Shown in pieces: positions 9,082 to 18,882 of a DNA stretch of 64,000 nucleotides; the first letter of the stretch is position 1, and each line of letters opens with the position of its first letter. Source of the stretch: Deltaproteobacteria bacterium. GTDB taxonomy: Bacteria; Desulfobacterota; Syntrophia; Syntrophales; UBA2210. A program made the translations under genes and the position numbers. The notes below the pieces were generated by a model. That model was not told the origin of the DNA and ran no database searches. It saw only the letters and a program-made list of their open reading frames with translations. Location of the stretch: contig JAFGGB010000011.1 of assembly GCA_016930775.1 (NCBI GenBank), positions 11,415 to 75,414 on the forward strand, read 5' to 3'.

Positions 9082-10284
9082 ATGATCCGCAGCCGAAAAA
9101 AACGGATTCTTGTTCTTGGCGCAGGGCTTTTTCAGATATCAGGCATACAAAAGGCCGTTAATCTTGGTTATGAAGTGATCACTCTGGACAATAAGCCTGA
9201 GAATATCGGCCATGCCTTATCCCATCAATCAATTCATTGCAGCACTGTTGAAATAGACCGTGTATATCAATATGCACGGGTTCTCAATATAGATGCTATT
9301 TGCACCTTTGCGTCGGACGCTGCGATTCCAACTGTCAGCTATATTTGCGATCGTTTGAATCTGCCCGGCGTTTCTCATGATGTTGCCGTAACGATGACGC
9401 TAAAACATCTTTTCAGGCAATTCATGCACAACCATTGTTTGCCGCACCCAGACTTTGTCGTTGCCGCTGAAGTATATGATGTGATGGATTATGTTAGACA
9501 AATGGACTATCCGCTCATTTTGAAACCTGTTGATTCTTCGGGCTCCCGGGGCGTCTTTAAATTAAACGAATACGAGGGACCAATATTCCTAAAAAAAATG
9601 TTTAACGAAGCAAAACGTTACTCGCGGTTGGGGCAAGTCTGCATAGAAGAATTCATTGATGGTGTTGAAGTTGGGGGAGATGGGTTTCTCTTGCAGGGGA
9701 GATTTAAGGCTTTGTTCATAACTCAAAAATATATGAACGATTTTGTCGTTACCGGCCACAGGTTGCCGACGAATATCGAGGAGTCGGATAAGCTGCGTGT
9801 GATATCGGCGCTTGAGCAGTGTTGCCGTGCCATTGGTTATAGTGACGGGCCCCTTAATTTCGACGTCATAGCTGCCCCGCAATCCGTTTATATAATTGAA
9901 ATGAGCCCTCGAACAGGCGGCAACGGCATTCCCCAATTGATCGAATATGCCAGCGGCGCGGACCTGGAAGCAGCGACGATCAAAATGGCTTTCAACGAAA
10001 AGATCGATATCCCTTTGCATGGAAATATGAAGGGTTGCGGTTCGCTTGTTTATGGAAACTCCAAGAGCGGATATTTGCGGAACATTGCCTCTCGCCGCGT
10101 TCTCAAAGAAAAAATAGAGGAAATCTTTTTTGTACATACCGATGTGCATATAGGCCAACCGGTCGATGCCTTTGAACATAATGGCAACAGCATGGGATTT
10201 GTTCTTTTTTCATGCCGGTCTCATGATGAATATAAAGAGATCCAATGTCGCATTAGACACGCTCTTGCCATTGAGGTAGTGTAA
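9082..10284 (+). CDS. ATP-grasp domain protein
   Basis: 400 aa. A Rossmann-like pre-ATP-grasp N-terminus (ILVLGAG), LILKPVDSSGSRGV and EEFIDG blocks, and a late IIEMSPRTGGNGI block. Confidence 0.8.
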   Translation: MIRSRKKRILVLGAGLFQISGIQKAVNLGYEVITLDNKPENIGHALSHQSIHCSTVEIDRVYQYARVLNIDAICTFASDAAIPTVSYICDRLNLPGVSHDVAVTMTLKHLFRQFMHNHCLPHPDFVVAAEVYDVMDYVRQMDYPLILKPVDSSGSRGVFKLNEYEGPIFLKKMFNEAKRYSRLGQVCIEEFIDGVEVGGDGFLLQGRFKALFITQKYMNDFVVTGHRLPTNIEESDKLRVISALEQCCRAIGYSDGPLNFDVIAAPQSVYIIEMSPRTGGNGIPQLIEYASGADLEAATIKMAFNEKIDIPLHGNMKGCGSLVYGNSKSGYLRNIASRRVLKEKIEEIFFVHTDVHIGQPVDAFEHNGNSMGFVLFSCRSHDEYKEIQCRIRHALAIEVV

Positions 10285-10612
10285 CTGCATTTTTTGGCCA
10301 ATAGTTTATTGAGGGATCGTCTGAATGAAAACGATATGCCGCAAGGAGTCATTTTGACGCGCTTAAAATCAATAATTCATGCCTTCCAGCCCTGAATATT
10401 TTGTAACCAACAACATTTGCCGGCCGTTCATGTTTCATGTTGATTGTCATGGCAAAACTCTGATTGTATAAATGACGACAGGAGAGCAAGGATGATATGA
10501 CTTGATAAATCGATATTCGGTGGTGTACAAAAAACATTAATATTCTGAGTTGCTGAAATAATGAAAAGCAGTTTTCAGACAAGAATCAACCGGGACGAAC
10601 ATGGCTTGAAAT

Positions 10613-11542
10613 ATGGGAAAAAAGAAGTTGTCCGTAATTATCCCCGTCTACAACACCGCCGCTACGCTTATTCAATTGGTCGGTCGGCTTTCATCGGTCC
10701 TGAATGCCATTGACGAAGTTCCCTTTGAAATAATTTTTATTGATGACGGATCTTCCGATCAGGACACCTGGCCGACTCTAGTAGCGATAGCCGAGGAGAA
10801 CAAGGATGTGAAAATAATACGGCTCACAAAGAATTACGGCCAGCAGGCAGCAACAATTTGTGGAATGGCGCAATCGACAGGGGAGCATGTCATTACAATG
10901 GATGACGACCTCCAGCATGCGCCGGAAGATATTCCAAAATTACTTGCGGAGCGTCATCACGACGTTGTGCTTGCTTCGTTTCAGATTAAACGGCACGGTT
11001 TTATGCGGAGAGTGTTCAGTAGAATAAAAGACATGGTTTTTGCGATTGCATTGGACAAACCCAAAGGGATTCAAACGACTTCCTTCCGTCTCATCAATCG
11101 TGCTATCGTCGATGCTGTTGTATCCATCAAGAGTCCCTATCCTTACATTGCTCTTTTGCTTTCATTAGTCACTAAAGATTTTGTTAACGTGCAAGTGCTC
11201 CACAATAGTCGTGCCGAAGGCAAAAGTGGATATACTGTCGCTAAATTATTCCATCTGCTCAGTCACGTAGCAGCTTCACAGTCTTCGTTGCTTTGGAATT
11301 TCGTAGGATACATAGGACTGGCCTGTTTTGCGCTAAGTGTTTTCATGATCATCTACATAATTTTTAGAGTTCTTTTCGGTTCTGCATCTAGTCTTTATCT
11401 TCATTGCATAGTCGTTGTTATCGGATTTCTGGGCGGTCTGACATTGATGTGTCTTGGCATGATGGGGGCTTATCTGCATCGAGTAGCAATCCTGTCGGAA
11501 CAGAGGCCAAGTTATGTAATTCGAGAGGTGCGCGCACAGTAA
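10613..11542 (+). CDS. GT2 polyprenyl-phosphate glycosyltransferase (ArnC/GtrB/DPM1-like)
   Basis: 309 aa. LSVIIPVYN, IFIDDGSSD, KNYGQQAATICG and MDDDLQHAPEDIPKLL are present, with two predicted C-terminal TM helices as in ArnC/GtrB. Confidence 0.85.
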   Translation: MGKKKLSVIIPVYNTAATLIQLVGRLSSVLNAIDEVPFEIIFIDDGSSDQDTWPTLVAIAEENKDVKIIRLTKNYGQQAATICGMAQSTGEHVITMDDDLQHAPEDIPKLLAERHHDVVLASFQIKRHGFMRRVFSRIKDMVFAIALDKPKGIQTTSFRLINRAIVDAVVSIKSPYPYIALLLSLVTKDFVNVQVLHNSRAEGKSGYTVAKLFHLLSHVAASQSSLLWNFVGYIGLACFALSVFMIIYIIFRVLFGSASSLYLHCIVVVIGFLGGLTLMCLGMMGAYLHRVAILSEQRPSYVIREVRAQ

Positions 11543-11585
11543 ACGATTATCAGGCGCGATCGAGCAATAGATTTGAAGGGGACCC

Positions 11586-12779
11586 ATGGATAAAAAATGC
11601 GACCAATGCACGATACCCTTTAACCGGCCCTTTATAATCGGAAAAGAACTTATAAACATTCAAGAAGCGGTAAACCGGCGCCATTTAGCCGGCGATGGTT
11701 ATTTTACAGAGCGATGCCATCGGTGGCTCGAGGATAAACTTGGTTGTAAAAGGGCTCTTTTGACGCACTCTTGCACAGGCGCCCTGGAAATATCGGCGTT
11801 GTTGGCAAATATTCAAGAAGGCGATGAAATAATTATGCCGTCCTTTACGTTTGTTTCCACGGCCAATGCCTTTGTGCTTAGGGGAGGCGTCCCCGTATTC
11901 ATTGATATTCGAGAAGACACGCTTAATATCGATGAAGAAAAAATTGAGGCAGCAATTTCGCCCAGAACGAAAATGATCGTTCCCGTGCATTACGCCGGTG
12001 TGCCCTGTGAAATGGGAACTATCATGAAAATTGCCGAAAGCAATAAACTGCTTGTGGCTGAAGATGCCGCTCATAGCATGCTTTCCAAGTATCAAGGCAG
12101 ATATGTGGGAACAATCGGCGATATAGGATGCCTAAGTTTTCATGAAACGAAAAATATTATCAGCGGCGAGGGAGGAGCCTTGTTGATCAATCGGGAAGAT
12201 TTCATTGAACGCGCCGAAATTATACGTGAAAAAGGTACAGACAGACAGAAGTTTTCCCGGGGCGAGGTTGATAAGTATTCATGGCTGGACATCGGCTCGT
12301 CCTACCTGCCGAGCGAACTTGTTGGCGCCTTCCTCTGTGCTCAACTAGAAGAAGCAGAAAATATTATACGTAACAGGATACAAACCTGTCATCTCTATAC
12401 ACGGCTTCTGAAGCCTCTTGAAAACGAGAAAATGCTTTTACTGCCTGTTGTTAAAGAGAATCAAAGCCAAAACGGACACATGTTCTATGTCATGACCCGC
12501 AGTTTTGATGAACGCCGGGGGCTGATCGAACATCTTATGCATCAAGGCATAAAGGCAATATTTCATTACATTCCGCTTCACTCGTCGCCAGCCGGCAGGA
12601 AGTATGGCAAAATGAGCGGGAACATGAAAGTAACAGATCGTATGAGCGACAGAATACTGAGATTGCCTCTGTATTACGGCATCACGGAAAAAGAGGTGGC
12701 AACAGTAGCGCGAGATATTTATTCTTTTTACGGGCGTTGTATCGCTGATTATTTCAACGAACTGCCGTTCGGTGCATGA
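11586..12779 (+). CDS. DegT/DnrJ/EryC1/StrS aminotransferase, WecE/ArnB-like (nucleotide-sugar 4-aminotransferase)
   Basis: 397 aa. IPFNRP, GDGYFT, MPSFTFVSTANAF, PVHYAGV, SFHETKNI (PLP-Lys region), GEGGALLIN and IIREKGTDR closely follow my memory of dTDP-4-amino-4,6-dideoxygalactose transaminase. Confidence 0.85.
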   Translation: MDKKCDQCTIPFNRPFIIGKELINIQEAVNRRHLAGDGYFTERCHRWLEDKLGCKRALLTHSCTGALEISALLANIQEGDEIIMPSFTFVSTANAFVLRGGVPVFIDIREDTLNIDEEKIEAAISPRTKMIVPVHYAGVPCEMGTIMKIAESNKLLVAEDAAHSMLSKYQGRYVGTIGDIGCLSFHETKNIISGEGGALLINREDFIERAEIIREKGTDRQKFSRGEVDKYSWLDIGSSYLPSELVGAFLCAQLEEAENIIRNRIQTCHLYTRLLKPLENEKMLLLPVVKENQSQNGHMFYVMTRSFDERRGLIEHLMHQGIKAIFHYIPLHSSPAGRKYGKMSGNMKVTDRMSDRILRLPLYYGITEKEVATVARDIYSFYGRCIADYFNELPFGA

Positions 12780-13530
12780 AATTCATGGCGCCCTAAGCGA
12801 ATATGTTAAGAGTTAAAAATACGAATGAATTAACGACCTTCAGTGCTGAGGGTCAGGAATTTTCCATTAATGCTTTTCTTGTTGATGGTGAAATTTTACA
12901 CTGTTTTTTATGCCGATCGCTTAACCGTGAAGCATGTACCAGGGGAATTCCCAGCAGTCATAGAATTCCCCCTATGACATCTCCCCGCATCAAGAAAAAG
13001 CCGTTGCCTTAGCAATCACCGTAATAAAGACTTTGCATATCAGCAACGGACCTGTTTACATGTAGACGAAACATGACAAAGAAGGCAATGTTTTTATGCT
13101 TGAAGCCTTCCCCCGTTTTGACGGCCGACATCTCTAGAGGGTGGTAAAATGCTGTTACGGCATCGATCTTCTGGACAGCTCTTTCAGATTGTTGGAGAAT
13201 GACCTTGCTTCATCTGAGACAAAAAATGCACCTTCCGGTATGGCTTGATCGCTGGAACTGGAACATTTTCTCCTAAAACCGGGCACTGTCTTTCAGGGGC
13301 ATTCAACGGAGGATAGTCATGATGTCTGCCGGGAATGGCATTACAGTGCCGGTGAAACTGTTCGCTCTATAAATGGATATATGGAAAAAAACTGGATACC
13401 GGATTCGCGAAACTGAAAACTCCACAACCGGCTAAGAAAATAATGGATAGACCGGATCCATCAAAATTGAAATCACTGGAGCAACAAGCTTGGTCGGAAT
13501 AATCTGTGCCGAGTATTTAGAAGGAGCCGT

Positions 13531-13707
13531 ATGATCCTCTTTTATTTATGTACCTATGCAGGTTTTAAAGAAGACCCGGCAGGCATTGAATGCTCTTGTA
13601 TCGAATGCGGCCCGATTAAACATTCACACAACAAAAGGTCGGCCTCTCCGAGAAAGATATGCTACAGACCCTCCAAGAGACGCCGGCAACCGTTCATGGC
13701 AGGATAG
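13531..13707 (+). CDS. candidate small Cys-rich ORF (58 aa), not in the ORF track
   Basis: AAGGAG (13521-13526) lies 4 nt before the ATG. The translation is MILFYLCTYAGFKEDPAGIECSCIECGPIKHSHNKRSASPRKICYRPSKRRRQPFMAG. It ends 16 nt before the GT-C gene. There is no homology evidence. Confidence 0.25.
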   Translation: MILFYLCTYAGFKEDPAGIECSCIECGPIKHSHNKRSASPRKICYRPSKRRRQPFMAG

Positions 13708-13722
13708 GGACTCTGGAAGATA

Positions 13723-15435
13723 ATGAAACGCGTAAGCCTTAGGACTCTCAGGCCAGGGAAGATAAGCCCAGTCCCATTTATGTTTTATGGGACTTTTGTC
13801 TTTTTGCTCTCGTGCTCTTTCATCCTGGCCCTCAAACTGCCGGTGATGTTTCCTTGGGGCGGGCCTGATGAGCCCATGCATATATCGCTGGTAAAATATA
13901 TAGCAACATACTGGGAGTGGCCTTCCTGGGATTCTTACAAGTTATTGCGCTATATCAACGGTCAAAGCTACAGTACGGGCAGCTCAATCGTCTATTGGAT
14001 CCATGCAGTTTTCTTAAAACTAACGGGACATAACCGCTTTGGCGCCGTTTTGCTCTTTACGGTCCTCTTGGGATTCCTGTGGACTATTTATCGGCGAAAT
14101 AAAGATGCAGGACTTTTTGGATTGTCATTGATAACTCCGCAATGCATTTTTATCTTTTCCTATGTTAACGGCGATACTGGAACCATTATTGTCGCATTTT
14201 TTCTAGGCGTTGCATCGGCTTGCTACCTTTCTGCGCCAGAAAAGAAACATTATTTCTACTTTTTTATGTTGTCGTCGGCGGCCTGCATGACGGGCAAATT
14301 TCATGTGTGGGCTGTAGGCTTTGTTGTTTTTGCAGCCATTGCTATTGTCAACATAAGGTACATAGTGCGTTTGCCGGTGCGACATATCGTGACGGCCGGA
14401 ATGACTTCTCTGCTGATTGCATCATGGTGGCCTGTCACAAGCTACTTTGCCAATGACGGCGACATGCTAGGCTTCACTGCACAAAAAAAAGCCATGGCTG
14501 TCTTTGGAGATCCTGCCTATAAGCTTACCACCTTTGACTTGGATGCATTTCCCTTCAAAGTATTTTTAACATTGCTGATGAAATCGTTCTATGGCGTGTG
14601 GGGCTGGATGAGGTGTTATCTGCCCGATCCAGTCTATGTTGCAGCTTTTCTTCTTGTTGCTGTTCAAATAATACTGCTATTGATTCAGATGAAGCGACGA
14701 GCAGCTCTTTTAATCGCTTTAATGATCTTTAATGTGCTACTTGTAGTCATATATTCAACAGGTTATGATTTTCAACCTCAAGGCAGGTATCTGTTCCCCA
14801 GTTATTTTATTCTTATTGGTTTTAGCGTTTCTTCCATGGCATTTCATCGGAACCAAGAATCTGGCAAGACTGTGAATGATATCTCAAGAATCGTCAGTAT
14901 AGTCCTTATTGCGTTAAACATATTTGCTATCTTAGTTTTGGGTAAATCTTATATTTTGCCAGATGTCAACCATGTAAAACGAGTAGTTGTAGCACCCCTC
15001 AAGACAGCGCAGGAAAACACGTCCGGCCAGCGCCATAGTGATAACGACCTAATCATTTACTGTCGAGAACTATTGAAGCGGAATCCGAGACATGTTGACG
15101 CAATGCTTAATCTTGGCTTTGTCTACAATCGCAGGGGGGAATATGAAAAGGCTTATGATTATTTAATGGATGCCCACTCTAAAATTGATCTCTATTCGCT
15201 TCCATCAGCAGCGCTCAATATTCATCTTGGTTACAGTCTTCAAAAGCAGAGTCAGTTTATGCCGGCCCTGCGTCATTACTTGGAGGGGCTTCGTCTCAAC
15301 CCCGATTACGGCGGCGATGTGTACTGTCATGTGGCGCTTCTTCTGGGGAATCAGGGCATGCGGGATGATTGCCTTTACTGGTCCGCTTTGGCAAAAGAAA
15401 AGAGTTATCTGTTCTGTGCATGTTCATCTTCATAA
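13723..15435 (+). CDS. polytopic membrane glycosyltransferase (GT-C/ArnT-PMT-like) fused to C-terminal TPR repeats
   Basis: 570 aa. About 410 aa contain many hydrophobic helices, followed by TPR-like repeats (AMLNLGFVYNRRGEYEKAYDYL, ALRHYLEGLRLNPDY). The genomic context (GT2 plus aminotransferase) mirrors Arn/Gtr three-component systems. Confidence 0.7.
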   Translation: MKRVSLRTLRPGKISPVPFMFYGTFVFLLSCSFILALKLPVMFPWGGPDEPMHISLVKYIATYWEWPSWDSYKLLRYINGQSYSTGSSIVYWIHAVFLKLTGHNRFGAVLLFTVLLGFLWTIYRRNKDAGLFGLSLITPQCIFIFSYVNGDTGTIIVAFFLGVASACYLSAPEKKHYFYFFMLSSAACMTGKFHVWAVGFVVFAAIAIVNIRYIVRLPVRHIVTAGMTSLLIASWWPVTSYFANDGDMLGFTAQKKAMAVFGDPAYKLTTFDLDAFPFKVFLTLLMKSFYGVWGWMRCYLPDPVYVAAFLLVAVQIILLLIQMKRRAALLIALMIFNVLLVVIYSTGYDFQPQGRYLFPSYFILIGFSVSSMAFHRNQESGKTVNDISRIVSIVLIALNIFAILVLGKSYILPDVNHVKRVVVAPLKTAQENTSGQRHSDNDLIIYCRELLKRNPRHVDAMLNLGFVYNRRGEYEKAYDYLMDAHSKIDLYSLPSAALNIHLGYSLQKQSQFMPALRHYLEGLRLNPDYGGDVYCHVALLLGNQGMRDDCLYWSALAKEKSYLFCACSSS

Positions 15436-15571
15436 GTAATTTTATTTGCATCGCCCGCATTATCCGTTACATGGGGAACTTATTTTTAATGTGGACGAAT
15501 GATTTTCCAATTGACTGCGGCGCATTCCTCGATGATTCGTAAGCAATGCAGCGTGTTAGCTGATCTCACTA

Positions 15572-16365
15572 TTATTCCTGACTATCGGAGGCTCCGTCGC
15601 ACGGTTCAATGGCCGCAGGCGACTTTTTTGCGAGGATGACGATTTCCCCGATGTTGAGAATGAGAAATAGTCGTCTTCCAGGATCTTTTTCCGAAATAAG
15701 TCGTCTCAAGCACAGAGTTGTCCTTGCCGGGCGGATCATCGCCAAGGCGGAAGGTTCCCCACTGCATCGGCATGAACCAAGATGCTCCAAGGTCTAAAAA
15801 GGTCCCCAACGCTTCCTCGATATTTGTGCGAGCATAATGCATGAAACATCGAGAATGATAGGCTGTCGTCGGCATTAATGCGTAATCGATGCCGGGATAG
15901 CGCTTCGCAAATTCACGGTATCCTATGAAATAACCGCTGTCAGCGCCGTGGTAAATCGTCGTGTCCTGAGTTGATAGAAGATAACCGGCCCACAGTGTCT
16001 TGTTTGTTGCCTGGGGAATACGGTGGGACCAGTGTTGAATCGGGAGGCACACAATGCGAGTTCCATTGGGCGAATACAGTGTCTGCCACCAATCCATTTC
16101 TTCCACTGCGGCGCCCTCCAGATCACGGAGACATTCGCCGAGACCCTTTGGCATGTAGTAGAGGGCGCCTCGCGGCATGGACTTCAGACTTGTCCAATCC
16201 ATATGGTCATAATGATTGTGGGAGACGACGACGTTGACATGTGGGACAAGTTCCCAGAATACCTCAAGTGACATGCCGGGCGGCGTGTAACGTTTGGGGA
16301 GCAGAGCTCTGTCGGACAAAACCGGGTTTGTGAGCCGGTATTCTCCGTTGAGGCGGATTTGAAAA
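15572..16365 (-). pseudogene. MBL-fold hydrolase (NAPE-PLD-like family), 5'-truncated and 3'-frameshifted
   Basis: ORF 15606..16319 contains SHNHYDHMD. Homology (IRLNGEYRLTNPVLSDRA) continues upstream to ~16365, where stops cut it and the expected N-terminal ~60-80 aa are missing. The C-terminal ...GEIVIL block lies in a different frame (ORF 15572..15790). Confidence 0.65.
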
Positions 16366-16397
16366 GTTCAAGGAATTCTTCTTCCTCATGTGTATAG

Positions 16398-16820
16398 ATT
16401 TGTTGTTTCGATTACACGCCGACGGCAATGATCATCGCCCAGGCCGTGATCGCCATTCCGATCGTCACCGGCATCAGTCTCGCAGCCATGCAGCAGCTTC
16501 CACCCAGAATGCGGTTGCAAATCAAGGCGCTCGGCGCGACCCGAATGCAAATGCTGCTCTTGCTCATGCGAGAAGCCAGGCTTCCCCTGCTGGCGGAGGT
16601 CATGGCAGGTTTCGGAGGCGTAATCTCGGAAGTTGGCGCTTCGATCATGGTGGGTGGAAACATCAAGAGTTGCTCCCGCGTGCTCACGACGGCCACAGTC
16701 ATGGAAACGAGCCGTGGCAATTTTGACGTAGCCATCGCCCTCAGTCTGATTCTTCTTCTGATCGCCTATCTCATCAACCTTATTCTGACCTCCATCCAAC
16801 AGCAGCAGAGGCCCCGATGA
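16398..16820 (+). pseudogene. ABC permease fragment, TupB-like (tungstate/molybdate type), C-terminal half only
   Basis: TPTAMIIAQAVIAIPIV ... EARLPLLAEVMAGFGGVISEVGASIMVGGNI ... RVLTTA match the second half of TupB-type permeases as I remember them. The frame opens only at 16398, directly against the truncated MBL gene. No substrate-binding gene is present. Confidence 0.7.
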
Positions 16821-17962
16821 CAGGAAATAGCGCTATCCTCGAAACACGGGATCTCGTTGTCAAGAGAGGGGGAACCACCATTTTGTCTGTCGACACGTTG
16901 GCTCTTTCACCGGTAGAAGTCCTCTCCGTCATAGGGCCTAACGGTGCAGGCAAAACGACGCTGCTTCAGGTGTTGGCTGGTTTGGTTCGTCCGCTCCGTG
17001 GAGAGATTCTTTTCCAGGGCGCCTCGGTGAGAGGCGAATCAAATCTGGCCTTCCGCAGGCGGATCTCGATGGTCTTCCAGGAACCGCTGCTGTTCGATAC
17101 CACAGTCTTCGGCAACGTGGCGTCCGGGCTCAAAATCAGGGGCATGTTGCGGCAGGTGATAGCTGAACGCACAACCAGGCAGCTCAATCGTTTCGGGATC
17201 AGTCATTCGGCTGATCGTTCTGCGTGGACGCTTTCCGGCGGCGAGGCGCAACGGACTTCTCTCGCCCGGGCTTTTGCTGTTAATCCGGAAATCCTGTTTC
17301 TTGACGAGCCCTTCGCTTCCCTTGATCCGCCGACGTGGTAAGAATTGATCGAAGATCTCAACCGTGCGTTGCGGGAAACGGGGACAACGGCCTTGATGGC
17401 TACGCACGACCGGGGAGAAGCCCTGCGCCTGTCCGACAGGATCGCCGTCATGAATGACGGGATGATCGTCCAAGTCGGATCGCCGAAGGAAGTGATGAAC
17501 AGGCCTGTGGATGAATTTATCGCGGCCTTCGTAGGCATGGAAACGATTCTGAAGGGCGCCGTTAAAGAGTCCGGAGGAATGGGCGCCTTCATTATGTATG
17601 TATCTTCCTCTGACCGGACGGACAGCCAGGCAATCGAAGCGGTGGGAAACATTCCGGCGGGCGACGAAGTTGTCATAGTCGTCAGGCCTGAAAATGTCAC
17701 GCTCACATTGCCCGCAGATGATTCAGGCCGAACGAGCGCCCGCAATGTTTTTACGGTACGCATTGCCAAAATCATCAAGATGGGACTGTATTTAAAGGTA
17801 AGTTTCGATTGCGGGTTCCCTTTGTCTTCCTTCGTTACACTTCACGCCCTGGAACAGCTAAAGTTGCAGGAGGGATCGGCTGTCGTCGCTTCCTTCAAAG
17901 CTATGGCCGTTCAGGTCGTCCGCAGCAACAAGCCGGTTGATACTGCCGCATTGCGGACATAA
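16817..17962 (+). pseudogene. ABC ATPase with C-terminal TOBE domain (TupC/ModC-like), interrupted by an in-frame TAA
   Basis: Walker A GPNGAGKTT, signature LSGGEAQR and Walker B ILFLDEPF are present. The text then reads LDPPTW-TAA(17339-17341)-ELIEDLNRAL... in the same frame. The second ORF (17345..17962) carries the H-loop ATHD and a TOBE-like tail. The ATG overlaps the permease stop (ATGA at 16817). Confidence 0.7.
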
Positions 17963-18282
17963 CTTTTGAGCATTGTCTCGGAACTCTATCAGCCGGCCGA
18001 TTCAAGCTGCGGGCGTGGATTCCAGGGACAGAAAACAGCGCCGGCTAATTGACATGGGTAGGTGGAAACTTCAAGAAATGGGTGCATAATGCGCAATCAG
18101 CGCCAGTTTCGTCGGCGGGTGTACAACCTTACGACTCCTCAATCGCTTGCTGGATGAGGCGATTCTACGATCTCAAATTCCCCCTCATAATGATCAGCGA
18201 CATGGTGGCTCAACAAGCACCGCCATCTCATTGATCTGACGGGGATCGATTAACTCTTGCAAGATGCTGCCAATGGATCAAA

Positions 18283-18492
18283 TTAATCCACGCCGACCAT
18301 TACATTCGATGCCTTTATGATCGCATAGGCTGTCTTGCCTTCCTTGAGTCCTAGCGATTCAGACGAAGCATTCGTGATGATCGATACAACCTCTACACCG
18401 CCTGAGAGGGAAATTACGACCTCGGTATTGACGGCGCCTTTGCTGACTTTTTTTACCTGACCTTTAAGTATATTGCGGGCGCTGAGCTTCAT
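18283..18492 (-). CDS. mop: molybdopterin/molybdate-binding TOBE protein (Mop)
   Basis: 69 aa starting MKLSARNILKG. AAGGAGG lies 6 nt upstream of this ATG, so the track ORF start at 18537 is too long. It has a typical single TOBE domain. Confidence 0.85.
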   Translation of the reverse strand: MKLSARNILKGQVKKVSKGAVNTEVVISLSGGVEVVSIITNASSESLGLKEGKTAYAIIKASNVMVGVD

Positions 18493-18882
18493 GCAATGCC
18501 TCCTTGATCCGCCGTGAAATCGTACAATCCATGGCATATTAAATTCAAAATACTACAGAGACACTCAAAAAAACAATAACATCGTTTGTGCTCAACGTTT
18601 CCGCGGCAATGAGGAACCAGGATCGCTGATTATCCGGCATCCAGCATGACAATCTCGCAGATGAAATATGCGTTCGCTTATTGAAAAGAGTTGTTCAAGT
18701 TTTATTGTTGAATAACTGTCAGAACCGGTCTACAAAATAAATAATAAAGTTGTTTTGTTTGCCGAGATTTTGTTCTGGCGGACGCGAGAAATTCGGCATC
18801 AATTTTCACGGCTAATCAGGGACAAGATGTCCTCATTTGCCTGGTCATTGACTGCGCATATTAGTTCTCAAGGAATCGACCT

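Noticed and set aside
10349-10582. A 77-aa minus-strand ORF between the ATP-grasp and GT2 genes.
   Set aside because: It sits in an AT-rich intergenic region with no SD and a low-complexity hydrophobic translation. It is likely non-coding promoter DNA.
12803-13012. A 69-aa ORF in the gap after the aminotransferase gene.
   Set aside because: There is no SD, the composition is odd, and I recognise no motif.
18493-18700. A possible molybdenum-cofactor riboswitch in the leader of mop.
   Set aside because: I could not identify the conserved Moco-motif helices or sequence blocks by eye. A covariance-model (Rfam/Infernal) scan is needed before any claim.
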